From: Bacteroidota bacterium
Lineage (GTDB): Bacteria; Bacteroidota; Bacteroidia; Bacteroidales; UBA4417
NCBI GenBank assembly: GCA_022711175.1
Contig: JAKLFM010000001.1
Span: forward strand, 1,777-65,776
Direction: 5' to 3'
Length of the DNA stretch: 64,000 bases
Made by a program: the position numbers and the translations under genes. The notes beneath the pieces are model-generated. The model saw nothing but the letters and a program-made list of their open reading frames with translations. It was not told the origin of the DNA and did not search any database. This document shows, piece after piece, positions 7,692-17,249 of this stretch (position 1 is its first letter; every line of letters starts with the position of its first letter).

Positions 7692-9983
7692 TTATTTCAC
7701 AACCAGTTTGCCTGTGAGCAGACAGGGTTTTTTATCTTTTTCGCAAATTACCTCCACAAGGTAGAGTCCGGGTGTAAGCCCGCTGAGTTCAAGCTGCAAC
7801 GGGTTTTCAGTACCTGTAAAACTCACATTGTGCAACTTTCCACCGGTATTGTATAATTTCACAGCTACAACCGATATGCCGGCTGCACCCTCAATGCGAA
7901 CAGTTGCAATATCTTTTGCCGGATTAGGCATAATTAACAGATGAGTTTCCGGTGTATGCCAAGGTTCTTCAAAACTGTTTGCCGATGCAGTATAACCTTT
8001 ATAGAATCCCAGCCCGCCGGAGTAATTCCCGGCAAGTAGCTCAACTAAAGTATCATTGTCAATATTTGCAATGGCAACCGAACTCCTCCACCCGTCATTG
8101 ATTCCCTGCAGCAAACCTTCGAAGGTAAAACGGCCGTCAAGGTTGTTTTCGATGCCGCTGTAAACCCATATTTCACCAAACTCGGAACCGACAAAAAGCA
8201 ACTTCCTGCCTTCATCCGTTTTATAAAAATAAGGCACACTGTAACCGTAATACGACAGCCCGGTGTTGGTGACATCGATCCCGCCCAGCGAATCGGTTAT
8301 CAAGGTGTACCCGGGATTGCCGGCCTGGCCGGTATTCCGGTAGTAATAAAGTTTGCCTTTGCGGTTGCCACATACAAGGTCGTTCAATCCATCTTCATCC
8401 AGGTCAACCACCTGTGGTGCGCAAAAGTCGCCGACGTCTAATTGCTTAAAAGCGGGATCAGCTAGTTCGAAATCGGCCGGCTGCCCTGCCCCTGCCCTAT
8501 TATGCACGTAAACCATTTTGCCTTTCGAATTTCCGCACAGCAGGTCGGTAACGCCATCGCCATCCACATCGCCTGCAGCTGGTATGAGTGACTGCATTTT
8601 CAACGCACTGAGTCCAAGGTAATCACGGGTCAGCAGCTTAAAAGCCGGCACGCTGGCGGTTCCTGTGTTTTCGAAAAGCGCCAGCGATGATACATATTCG
8701 CAGGTGAGTCCGTATAACGGGTCGAAGTAACTGCTGTCGAGGTAACCGTAATTGCCAACGATCATATCCAGTAAGCCATCACCGTTATAATCAAAAAACA
8801 GGGGATATGCTCCGAGTCCGAGGTCTATCATCTCATCCTGCAGGAAATCGCTTTGTTTTAAACTATATTGAGGCGCTGCATTGTTTCCTGTATCAAGGTA
8901 TAGCCGGCAGCTGTTCATCCCGTCGGAGCGGATGAGGCTTGGCTCAAACGAAGAGGCAATGAGATCAATGCGCCCGTCGTTGTTTACATCGGTGGCTGAA
9001 CAGGCTGGAAATGAAACAATGTTTACAGGATCAGCTGCCTGCGGAAAGGACGATGAAAAGGAGACCATGTTGGCATCCTGGGCAGTGCCGCCATTGGTAA
9101 GTAATAGAAGGGTTGAATAATCCACGTCGCCAAGCGCAAGGTCATACAGCCCGTCGCCGTTAAAATCGAGCACAAGCAACGTGGAACCGGTGTGCTTAGG
9201 ATCGCTGCTTTTTAATGATGGAATCATTCCATGACCTGTTGCGTATTCAGGACAGGTATCGAGTTTTATCGAATTATTCTCGGCGCCTTCGGCAAAATAT
9301 CCCCAGCAGTCGCTCACCTTCTCAAACTCAAGCGAATCGGCATTGCCATAATATTCCATCGAAAGGTTCTTATGCCACTCGATGAAGGAGCCCAATCCCC
9401 AGAAAGTAAGGATATCCTTGTCGCCATCATTGTCAACATCCACTATGGCCGGGTAATCAACATAGGTCACGAAAATATTGGTGAGTGTGGTTCCCTGCAA
9501 GGAAACGAGGTACGGCCCCGATACCAGTGTAAACGCCGGCATATCCTGTGAATCGTTACGGTACACCTTTATACCACCGGTAGTGTAGGTGAAAACATCT
9601 TCCCTCCCATCGTTATTATAATCAACGAGTTGCATCCAATGTTCAACGGGAGGAAAGCTGCCTGCATACTCAGGATGATATTCGTAGCCGATTTGCGACA
9701 CTATTCCTTTGTTGATGAATATCAATATCCGGTAACCGTGGCGATCGAAAACCACAAGGTCTTTTATGCCGTCAGCATTCAGGTCCATGCTGCCGAACTG
9801 GCAGTTATTGAGCCCGCCGGCAAAAGGCATTTCGAGTTGTGAATTATCGGAGATGTAAACTTCAGGCACCTGTGAGATGGCTCTTTTAACGAAAAAACCG
9901 GACTGTGCGCTGACTATCGCCGGAACAACAAGCAGAAAAACTGCCATCCACAAAAACCTGAACATAGACATCATACTCAGCAA
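7692..9983 (-). CDS. FG-GAP/VCBS repeat protein with T9SS C-terminal sorting domain
   Basis: At least seven D.[DN].DG..D calcium-binding repeats are present (DLNADGIKDL, DVDNDGDKDI, DFNGDGLYDL, DYNGDGLLDM, DVDGDGVTDL, DLDEDGLNDL and others). It has a signal peptide, and the C-terminus IMPNPAKDIATVRIEG...GLYLVEV...GKLVVK is a type-A sorting domain. Confidence 0.8.
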   Translation of the reverse strand: MLSMMSMFRFLWMAVFLLVVPAIVSAQSGFFVKRAISQVPEVYISDNSQLEMPFAGGLNNCQFGSMDLNADGIKDLVVFDRHGYRILIFINKGIVSQIGYEYHPEYAGSFPPVEHWMQLVDYNNDGREDVFTYTTGGIKVYRNDSQDMPAFTLVSGPYLVSLQGTTLTNIFVTYVDYPAIVDVDNDGDKDILTFWGLGSFIEWHKNLSMEYYGNADSLEFEKVSDCWGYFAEGAENNSIKLDTCPEYATGHGMIPSLKSSDPKHTGSTLLVLDFNGDGLYDLALGDVDYSTLLLLTNGGTAQDANMVSFSSSFPQAADPVNIVSFPACSATDVNNDGRIDLIASSFEPSLIRSDGMNSCRLYLDTGNNAAPQYSLKQSDFLQDEMIDLGLGAYPLFFDYNGDGLLDMIVGNYGYLDSSYFDPLYGLTCEYVSSLALFENTGTASVPAFKLLTRDYLGLSALKMQSLIPAAGDVDGDGVTDLLCGNSKGKMVYVHNRAGAGQPADFELADPAFKQLDVGDFCAPQVVDLDEDGLNDLVCGNRKGKLYYYRNTGQAGNPGYTLITDSLGGIDVTNTGLSYYGYSVPYFYKTDEGRKLLFVGSEFGEIWVYSGIENNLDGRFTFEGLLQGINDGWRSSVAIANIDNDTLVELLAGNYSGGLGFYKGYTASANSFEEPWHTPETHLLIMPNPAKDIATVRIEGAAGISVVAVKLYNTGGKLHNVSFTGTENPLQLELSGLTPGLYLVEVICEKDKKPCLLTGKLVVK

Positions 9984-9984
9984 A

Positions 9985-10854
9985 TCAAAGTACCAAAATT
10001 ACTTTTACCGGCAGGTGGTCGCTTGGATAATAATCGCCTGAATGGTAAGTGTTTACAAAGTACTTTAACACTTTCAGTGCTGGCTTCAGGAAGATGAAGT
10101 CAATATTTTCGCCCGTGAGGCCACCGACTTTAAAACCGGTATAGGTATAAAAAGGTGTATCGGCATTTTCGGCCAGGTAGAAAGCGTTAGTAAGATGTGC
10201 CGGGTCCGACTTTCGCGTGAGGATGCAGTATGGTTCGGACGAAGGATCGGCATTGAAGTCGCCCATTATAATGGCAGGTGATTTTGCGGCAAGCGAATCA
10301 ACCGCGTGCAGCAGCAAACGGGCGCTGTTTCTGCGCGCCATCGTCCCCATGTGATCGAAATGGGTATTGAAAACAAAGAACAATTTCCCTGTTGCTATTG
10401 TGCGAAGCTGAACCCACGATACAACGCGGGTACAGGCGGCATCCCACCCCATGCTGCCTGGCACTTTCGGCGTTTGTGATAACCAGAATGTACCGGATGA
10501 AATGCTTTTATAAAGCAACGTATCAAAGAATATGGGTGAAAATTCGCCTTTAGTAATGCCGTTTTCGCGTCCCTCTCCAACTCTTTTATACCGCGGGAAA
10601 GCTTTCTCGGCATCCTGTATCTGGTTGTAGAGCGCTTCCTGTATGCCGAAAACGTGGGGATTTTCATTTTTCAGTACACTAAAAAAGACATTCTTACGGT
10701 TCGGCCAGGCGTTAATTCCGTCATCAGGGGTATCGAGCCGCATATTCCATGTGATGACATTTAGTGTATCCTGGGCTGATATCCTGACACCCTGAGCGCA
10801 GACTGCCGTCGCCACAAAAAAAATGAAAACAGCCGTTGATAAGTTTCTGATCAT
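9985..10854 (-). CDS. endonuclease/exonuclease/phosphatase (EEP) family protein
   Basis: It has a signal peptide and the motifs ITWNMR, GIQEA, NTHFDH, GDFNA and SDHLPV, in the order typical of EEP hydrolases. Confidence 0.8.
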   Translation of the reverse strand: MIRNLSTAVFIFFVATAVCAQGVRISAQDTLNVITWNMRLDTPDDGINAWPNRKNVFFSVLKNENPHVFGIQEALYNQIQDAEKAFPRYKRVGEGRENGITKGEFSPIFFDTLLYKSISSGTFWLSQTPKVPGSMGWDAACTRVVSWVQLRTIATGKLFFVFNTHFDHMGTMARRNSARLLLHAVDSLAAKSPAIIMGDFNADPSSEPYCILTRKSDPAHLTNAFYLAENADTPFYTYTGFKVGGLTGENIDFIFLKPALKVLKYFVNTYHSGDYYPSDHLPVKVILVL

Positions 10855-10878
10855 AGCGAAAATCTTAAATCATCATTA

Positions 10879-10886
10879 CAAAAATA
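10879..10886 (-). promoter_or_regulatory. putative Bacteroidota -7 box (TATTTTTG on minus strand)
   Basis: CAAAAATA on the plus strand matches TAnnTTTG on the minus strand. It lies about 25 nt upstream of the EEP start at 10854. Confidence 0.35.
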
Positions 10887-10990
10887 ATATTTCCATACAG
10901 GCAGATCAGCAGAATCAGCGGGCATTTCAAAAAAGTATTGCACGCCGATAATCTTTGTTATTGCCCGTTTGTAAATTAAGTAACAATTTC

Positions 10991-10998
10991 TACCTTTG
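10991..10998 (+). promoter_or_regulatory. putative Bacteroidota -7 box TACCTTTG with upstream TTTG (10968-10971)
   Basis: It matches TAnnTTTG, and a TTTG lies 19 nt upstream. It is 47 nt before the secDF ATG at 11045. Confidence 0.45.
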
Positions 10999-11044
10999 CA
11001 GGCTCAAAAATCAGAACAAATCTAACTATCTAAAACCTAATAAC

Positions 11045-14000
11045 ATGCAGAATAAAGGCGCAATTCGTTTTTTTGCCATAGCATTCGCCCTGGTGTGCCT
11101 TTTCCAACTTTCGTTCACCATTGTTGCCCGAATTACGGAGAAAAAAGCAGCTAATTATGCACAGACTGAGGCTGTGAAAGCTGAGGCCAAACTACTGGCC
11201 AAAGGAGATGCTACCCGCGAAATAAACGTGCTGGACTCGCTGGTACAATCCCGCAAAAGGTACTATCTCGATTCGGTTTCGAATCAGCCTGTTTATAACA
11301 TCCTTATCAGGAAATATACTTACAAGGAATGTACCGAGCGCGAGATAAACCTTGGCCTCGACCTCAAAGGCGGTATGAACGTCACGATGGAGGTGTCGGT
11401 TGCCGATGTGGTAAGGGCAATGTCGGGATACAGCCAGAACGAAACTTTTGTGAAGGCTATGAACATGGCCAACCAAAAGATGAAGACCAGCCAGAGCGAT
11501 TTTGTTACTTTATTCGGCGAATCATTTACCGAGATTGACCCAAATGCAAAGCTTTCGGCCATATTCAGCCGCATGGAACTGCGCGATAAAATCAAGCCAA
11601 ATTCAACGAACGAAGAAGTGCTCAAGGTTATCCGCCAGGAGTGTACTGATGCTTTCGATCGCACCTTTAATATCCTGAAAAACCGTATCGACCGTTTTGG
11701 CGTTACCCAACCCAATGTGCAGAAGCTGCAAACTTCCGACCGTATTCTCATCGAATTACCCGGTATAAAAGAGCCCGATCGCGTGAGGAAACTTTTGCAG
11801 GGAACTGCCCAGCTCGAATTCTGGGAAACTTATCAGTTCAATCTGCTCAACAACAATTTTGCCGAAGCCAACAAACGCCTTGCTTCCGGTAATACTGGCG
11901 ATACGCTGGTTGCTTCAGCCGATTCGGCCAAAACCGCTGCTGTTGATACCACCATGGCTGCAAAAGCCGATTCCACCAAAAAAACACTGGCCGAAAAACT
12001 TAAAAGCGACACGACAAGCAAAAAAGACGACCAGTCGTTTGAGAAATACGCCAAGGAAAACCCGCTGTTTGCCTATCTGCGCCCTGCCTATTACCAGGGT
12101 AAAAACAACCAGTATTATGCCAGCGACCGTGCAACCGTTGGTTATGCAGCCATTAAAGATACTGCAAGGGTGAACAACATGCTGAAAAAGGTTCGTACCG
12201 TGTTTCCACAGAACCTTGTTTTAGCCTGGAAAGCCAAGCCCTCACCGGAGATGCCTGATGTACTTGAACTTGTTGCCTTAAAAGCCAGCACCCGCGAAGG
12301 CACTGCCGCCCTCGACGGGTCGGTGATTGTGGATGCACGCCAGGATTATGATCAGAACGGACGTGTGGAAGTATCGATGAACATGAATGCCGAAGGAGCC
12401 AAGAAATGGCGCCGCATCACAGCCGATAATGTTGGCAAACAAGTTTGTATTGTACTCGACGGATATGTGCAGAGCGATCCCAATGTGAATGACGAAATTC
12501 CCAACGGGCGTTCATCCATTACCGGGAACTACAGTATAGAAGAAGCCCAGGACCTTGCCAACGTGCTGAAAGCCGGTAAACTGCCTGCCCCGGCCCGTAT
12601 CGTACAGGAAGAAATTGTGGGACCTTCGTTAGGTCGCGAGTCGATCAATTCAGGGTTCATCTCATTCATCATCGCGTTCCTCCTGGTGCTGGTTTATATG
12701 GCACTGTATTACAACCGTGCAGGCCTTATCGCCAATATCGCACTACTTGTCAACGTTTTCTTCCTTATTGGTGTGCTTGCCTCAATCGGTGCTGTGCTCA
12801 CGCTGCCCGGTATCGCCGGTATCGTGCTCACCATGGGTATGGCGGTTGACGCCAACGTTATCATCTACGAGCGTATCCGTGAAGAAGTGAGGGCGGGCAA
12901 AGGACTACGGCTTGCCATTGGTGATGGTTTCAAACACGCCTATTCGGCCATTATCGACGGTAACGTCACCACCATTATAACCGGTATAGTGCTCTACATT
13001 TTCGGGTCAGGCCCGATTAAAGGCTTTGCCACTACCCTTATTATCGGTATTCTCACTTCACTGTTTACCGCCATCTTTATCTCAAGGCTCATATTTGAAA
13101 GACTTCTTGATAAAAACGTCAACATTCCTTTCGGAAACAAATACACCATTAACGCCTTCACAAACCTTCACATCGATTTCATCGGCATTCGCAAGAAACT
13201 TTATATCGTTTCGGGTGTGATCATCCTGATTGGTATCATTTCACTTGCAACCAAAGGACTCAATTTCGGTGTTGATTTTGCGGGAGGACGTTCATATATC
13301 GTGCGCTTCGACCAGGCAGTAAAAACCAATGATGTGCGCGTTGCCCTGGGCAAAGCTTTTGGCGAAGCTCCTGAAGTAAAGACCTTCGGTCCTTCGAACC
13401 AGGTAAAAATCACAACCAAATTCATGGTTGACGACCGTTCCACTGCTGCTGATTCTATTATTGAAGGAAAGATGTTTGAAGGATTGAAACCGCTCTTTAA
13501 GGCACCACTAACAAAAACTGATTTCAGCGCCACAAACGAAAATATAGGGATACTCAATTCACAAAAAGTTGACCCGGTCATTTCGGACGATATCAAAAAA
13601 TCATCGGTTTGGGCAGTTACTTTTGCCTTGCTCGCTATCTTCCTTTACATTTTCATCCGATTCCGTAAATGGCAGTTTGGCCTCGGAGGCGTTGTTTCAC
13701 TGGCGCACGATACTATCATCACCATATCCATGTACTCGATATTCTATGGCATATTACCATTCAATCTCGAAGTTGACCAGGCTTTCATCGCGGCCCTTCT
13801 CACCATCATCGGTTACTCCATCAACGACTCGGTTATTATTTTCGACCGAATCCGTGAATGGACCACACTTTTCCCGAAACGTGACCTTCGAACTAATATG
13901 AACGGCGCCATGAACAGCACACTGGGACGTACCGTTAATACGTCGGGTACTACCCTTGTTACGCTGCTTGCCATCTTCCTCTTTGGCGGCGATGTTATCC

Positions 14001-14143
14001 GCGGGTTTATCTTTGCTCTCATCGTTGGTATATTGGTGGGTACCTATTCATCCATCTTCAATGCTACCCCGGTGGCTTACGACTTTATCATGATGCAGAA
14101 GCGCCGTGCCGAAAAGAAAGCACTGGCTGCAGCAAAAAAATAA
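11045..14143 (+). CDS. secDF: protein translocase subunit SecDF (fusion)
   Basis: The ATG at 11045 gives MQNKGAIRFFAIAFALVCLF. There is a large periplasmic domain and two 6-TM blocks containing LPGIAGIVLTMGMAVDANVIIYERIREE and IGYSINDSVIIFDRIRE. The 30 codons upstream in the track ORF look non-native. Confidence 0.9.
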   Translation: MQNKGAIRFFAIAFALVCLFQLSFTIVARITEKKAANYAQTEAVKAEAKLLAKGDATREINVLDSLVQSRKRYYLDSVSNQPVYNILIRKYTYKECTEREINLGLDLKGGMNVTMEVSVADVVRAMSGYSQNETFVKAMNMANQKMKTSQSDFVTLFGESFTEIDPNAKLSAIFSRMELRDKIKPNSTNEEVLKVIRQECTDAFDRTFNILKNRIDRFGVTQPNVQKLQTSDRILIELPGIKEPDRVRKLLQGTAQLEFWETYQFNLLNNNFAEANKRLASGNTGDTLVASADSAKTAAVDTTMAAKADSTKKTLAEKLKSDTTSKKDDQSFEKYAKENPLFAYLRPAYYQGKNNQYYASDRATVGYAAIKDTARVNNMLKKVRTVFPQNLVLAWKAKPSPEMPDVLELVALKASTREGTAALDGSVIVDARQDYDQNGRVEVSMNMNAEGAKKWRRITADNVGKQVCIVLDGYVQSDPNVNDEIPNGRSSITGNYSIEEAQDLANVLKAGKLPAPARIVQEEIVGPSLGRESINSGFISFIIAFLLVLVYMALYYNRAGLIANIALLVNVFFLIGVLASIGAVLTLPGIAGIVLTMGMAVDANVIIYERIREEVRAGKGLRLAIGDGFKHAYSAIIDGNVTTIITGIVLYIFGSGPIKGFATTLIIGILTSLFTAIFISRLIFERLLDKNVNIPFGNKYTINAFTNLHIDFIGIRKKLYIVSGVIILIGIISLATKGLNFGVDFAGGRSYIVRFDQAVKTNDVRVALGKAFGEAPEVKTFGPSNQVKITTKFMVDDRSTAADSIIEGKMFEGLKPLFKAPLTKTDFSATNENIGILNSQKVDPVISDDIKKSSVWAVTFALLAIFLYIFIRFRKWQFGLGGVVSLAHDTIITISMYSIFYGILPFNLEVDQAFIAALLTIIGYSINDSVIIFDRIREWTTLFPKRDLRTNMNGAMNSTLGRTVNTSGTTLVTLLAIFLFGGDVIRGFIFALIVGILVGTYSSIFNATPVAYDFIMMQKRRAEKKALAAAKK

Positions 14144-14163
14144 TATCATCCTATTACTGAAAA

Positions 14164-14188
14164 GCCCCGGTTTTGCCGGGGTTTTTTC
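14164..14188 (+). terminator. rho-independent terminator after secDF
   Basis: GCCCCGG-ttttg-CCGGGG is followed by TTTTTT. Confidence 0.7.
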
Positions 14189-14258
14189 TTTTAACGGCCA
14201 TTGATTGTGATACATTTCGGTAAAATGTAAAATCTGTCGGCAGATTGCAACCGTTTAG

Positions 14259-14266
14259 TATTTTTG
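14259..14266 (+). promoter_or_regulatory. putative -7 box TATTTTTG
   Basis: It matches TAnnTTTG and lies 22 nt upstream of the tatA start. Confidence 0.35.
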
Positions 14267-14287
14267 TAAGTTCAACGAAAGCTACCG

Positions 14288-14716
14288 ATGTCTCTTCACC
14301 CTATACTCCTATTCCTTGATGTTAGCGGCGGCGAGTTGCTGGTAATTATTGTGGTGATATTCCTGGTATTCGGACCCAGCAAGATGCCCGAAATAGCCCG
14401 CCAGATTGGTAAAGCCATGAACCAGATGAAGAAAGCCTCGAACGACATTTCACGTGAATTCAGGAATCAGACATCGGGACTTACCAGTGAACTTACCTCG
14501 GTTCAAAACCAGATAAAAGACGAAGTGAACAAAGTGAACCGTGAGATGACGAGTACCAGAGACGAGATACGCAAAAACTTTGATGTCGGCGACCCTTCTG
14601 AAAACCCTGAGCCTGCAGTTGCACCATCGTCGCCTGCAGCTGACGGGAACGGTAGCACTACTGAATCGCCCGAACCGCTGCCCGATGTTTACAACCGGTC
14701 GGAAAACGCAGGATAA
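14288..14716 (+). CDS. tatA: twin-arginine translocase TatA/TatE family subunit
   Basis: GGELLVIIVVIFLVFGPSKMPEIARQIGKAMNQMKKAS is the canonical TatA TM helix plus amphipathic helix. The C-terminal tail is acidic and Pro-rich. Confidence 0.8.
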   Translation: MSLHPILLFLDVSGGELLVIIVVIFLVFGPSKMPEIARQIGKAMNQMKKASNDISREFRNQTSGLTSELTSVQNQIKDEVNKVNREMTSTRDEIRKNFDVGDPSENPEPAVAPSSPAADGNGSTTESPEPLPDVYNRSENAG

Positions 14717-14787
14717 TAAATAAATCACGAAACCGTTAATATTCCATCCTTCCTGACAAATATACATCCTCATAAGGAACCTGTTAC

Positions 14788-17241
14788 ATGAAATTTAAAG
14801 CCCTTATATTTTCCCTGTTGCTGACATTCGGATTCGGAGTAGTTCAGGCACAAAACCGTGCCTGGCGGGCTGCTGAGGATGCCTTTAACAGCATGCAGTA
14901 CAATCTTGCATTAACCAAGTATAAAAAGGCATTGTCGAAAGCCAAGGTTAAATCCGATAAGGAGAAGATTTCGTTTCAGATGGCCGAATGTTACCGCATC
15001 ATCAACAATACGAAGAAAGCCGAACCGGCATACAAGAGGCTTGCAACCGCAAAAACCGGCTTTGCCGATAAAAATCCCCTGGTGTATTTATACCTGGCGC
15101 AAGCCATGAAATCGAATGAAAAGTATGCCGATGCGCAGAAATATTTTGAGAAGTATGCCGAACTGGTACCTGAAGACCCTCGCGGCACCAACGGAGCAAC
15201 ATCGTGTGAGTTAGCGCAGGAATGGCTCGAAAATCCCACCAAATTCCAGATGAAAAACGAGAAAATCCTCAATTCAAAAGAATCGGATTTTTCGCCAACA
15301 TATGCCGATAAACTGTATAATACCATCATTTTTACCTCCACCAGGGAGGCATCGACCGGCAAGTTGCAGGATAACTGGACAGGCCAGAGTTTCAGCGACC
15401 TCTACATTTCAAAAACCGATCCGAAGGGCGCCTGGTCAACCCCCGTTTTGCTCGAAAGCAGCAATGTTATTAATACCGGGGCCAACGAAGGCAACCCGAT
15501 GGTAAACAGCAAGTTTAACCAGTTGTACTTTACACGCTGCGGTAACGAAAAAGGTACGCTGCAAGGCTGCCAGATTTTAGTATCACGTCGTACAGGCCGC
15601 ACTTATGGCGAACCAAGAGCGCTTCCTCTGGGAGGAGATTCCACCACGGTTTTCGGTAATCCTTCCATCAGTCCCGATGAACTTACGCTTTTCTTTTCCA
15701 GCGATTTAAAAGGCGGGCAGGGAGGCAAGGACCTGTGGATGGCAACGCGTAAATCGCCCAATGATAACTTCGCGAAACCGCAAAACCTTGGCAATGTTGT
15801 GAATACTCCCGGCGATGAAATGTTCCCATTCATGCGCAACGATACAACGCTGTATTTTGCATCCAACGGCCATCCCGGCATGGGCGGACTTGATATTTTC
15901 AAAACCACATACAGCAACGGAGAATGGACAAAACCGGTAAACCTTCAGTCGCCGATGAATTCAGCCGGTGATGATTTTGGACTGGTTTACCATCCGGAAG
16001 AAGAGCGGGGCTTCTTTTCATCCAATCGCAAAGGCGGTAAAGGAAGCGATGACATTTATTCCTTTGTAAACCCGCCGCTTATATTCACTCTTGCCGGAAC
16101 GGTGAAAGACGATAAAACGCTGCAGTTTATCCAGGCTGCAGTAATTAAACTTGTAGGTTCCGACGGATCATCGGTTGAAGCACGCACTGACGCAAAAGGA
16201 TTTTACAGCTTCAGCAAAACACAAATAAAACCGAATACCACATACGAACTTATATGTAACAAGGCAAACTATTTCAATAAGAAAGCAAAAGAGACCACGG
16301 TAGGACTCGAAAGCAGCAAGGATTTCGTAATTGATTTTAAGCTTGAGCCCATTCCTGACAAGCCGGTTGTGCTGCCCGACATTCTTTATGACCTGGCCAA
16401 GTGGGATTTAAAACCACAATACCAGGACTCTCTTCAGGGCCTTATTAAGACCTTGGACGAAAACGAAACCATCGTGGTGGAACTTGCCTCGCATACCGAT
16501 AACCGCGGTACCGACGAAAGCAACGACATCCTTTCGCAAAAGCGTGCCGAATCGGTTGTTAACTACCTCATTGAACGCGGTATAGACCCTGACAGGCTTG
16601 TTGCCAAAGGTTACGGCGAAAGAGTTCCGCGTACACTAGCCAAGGACAGCCAAAAGGATGGATTTACCTTTAAAGCAGGAACAGTGCTAACCGGTGCCTA
16701 TATTGATTCGTTACAGGGCAAACCAATGCAGGAAGCCGCTCACGCACTCAACCGCCGCACCGAATTCAAAGTGCTGAGCAAGGATTATGTTCCCAAGCAG
16801 CAGAACAAGGCTATTGCCAGCCAGACTCAGAAAGTGACCATTCAACTGAACCCGGATGACAACGTGGTAACATACAATGAAAATGCTGACCAAACCATTT
16901 CGTTCGCGGCTATTGTTAATGGTTATACCCTTAATGTTACCCTCGGCGAAACCGACGGTCTAACTTTTTCGCTTGATCAGGCGCTGAAACTGCTCAAGGA
17001 AGGTGCCATCGGTAAAACCGATTTTGCCGGTGATGCCGAAAAGGTGCTTGCAAACAGCAGCATCGCTGATAAAGCCATTTTCAATGTCGCCGAGATCAAT
17101 ATTGCCAGTAAATCGGCCTTTGATCTCGAAGCGCAGGTACTGCAAAAACAGAAAACGGCAGTATTAATAAACGACAGTATCCTTAAAAAGTTTGGCAAAT
17201 ACAAACTCGACAAGGAAAAGAAACAAATCGTTTTTGAATAA
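14788..17241 (+). CDS. OmpA family protein with TPR, PD40-type beta-propeller and CarboxypepD_reg-like domains
   Basis: It has a signal peptide and repeated PD40-like motifs (SPDELTLFFSSD, TTLYFASN, RGFFSSNR). The OmpA_C core reads VELASHTDNRGTDESNDILSQKRAESVVNYLIERGIDPDRLVAKGYGE. Confidence 0.8.
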   Translation: MKFKALIFSLLLTFGFGVVQAQNRAWRAAEDAFNSMQYNLALTKYKKALSKAKVKSDKEKISFQMAECYRIINNTKKAEPAYKRLATAKTGFADKNPLVYLYLAQAMKSNEKYADAQKYFEKYAELVPEDPRGTNGATSCELAQEWLENPTKFQMKNEKILNSKESDFSPTYADKLYNTIIFTSTREASTGKLQDNWTGQSFSDLYISKTDPKGAWSTPVLLESSNVINTGANEGNPMVNSKFNQLYFTRCGNEKGTLQGCQILVSRRTGRTYGEPRALPLGGDSTTVFGNPSISPDELTLFFSSDLKGGQGGKDLWMATRKSPNDNFAKPQNLGNVVNTPGDEMFPFMRNDTTLYFASNGHPGMGGLDIFKTTYSNGEWTKPVNLQSPMNSAGDDFGLVYHPEEERGFFSSNRKGGKGSDDIYSFVNPPLIFTLAGTVKDDKTLQFIQAAVIKLVGSDGSSVEARTDAKGFYSFSKTQIKPNTTYELICNKANYFNKKAKETTVGLESSKDFVIDFKLEPIPDKPVVLPDILYDLAKWDLKPQYQDSLQGLIKTLDENETIVVELASHTDNRGTDESNDILSQKRAESVVNYLIERGIDPDRLVAKGYGERVPRTLAKDSQKDGFTFKAGTVLTGAYIDSLQGKPMQEAAHALNRRTEFKVLSKDYVPKQQNKAIASQTQKVTIQLNPDDNVVTYNENADQTISFAAIVNGYTLNVTLGETDGLTFSLDQALKLLKEGAIGKTDFAGDAEKVLANSSIADKAIFNVAEINIASKSAFDLEAQVLQKQKTAVLINDSILKKFGKYKLDKEKKQIVFE

Positions 17242-17249
17242 TCCATCGC

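Noticed and set aside
10955-11044. An N-terminal extension of 30 codons on SecDF from a TTG start
   Set aside because: The predicted -7 box (10991-10998) lies inside the extension. The ATG at 11045 gives a typical SecD N-terminus with a TM helix.
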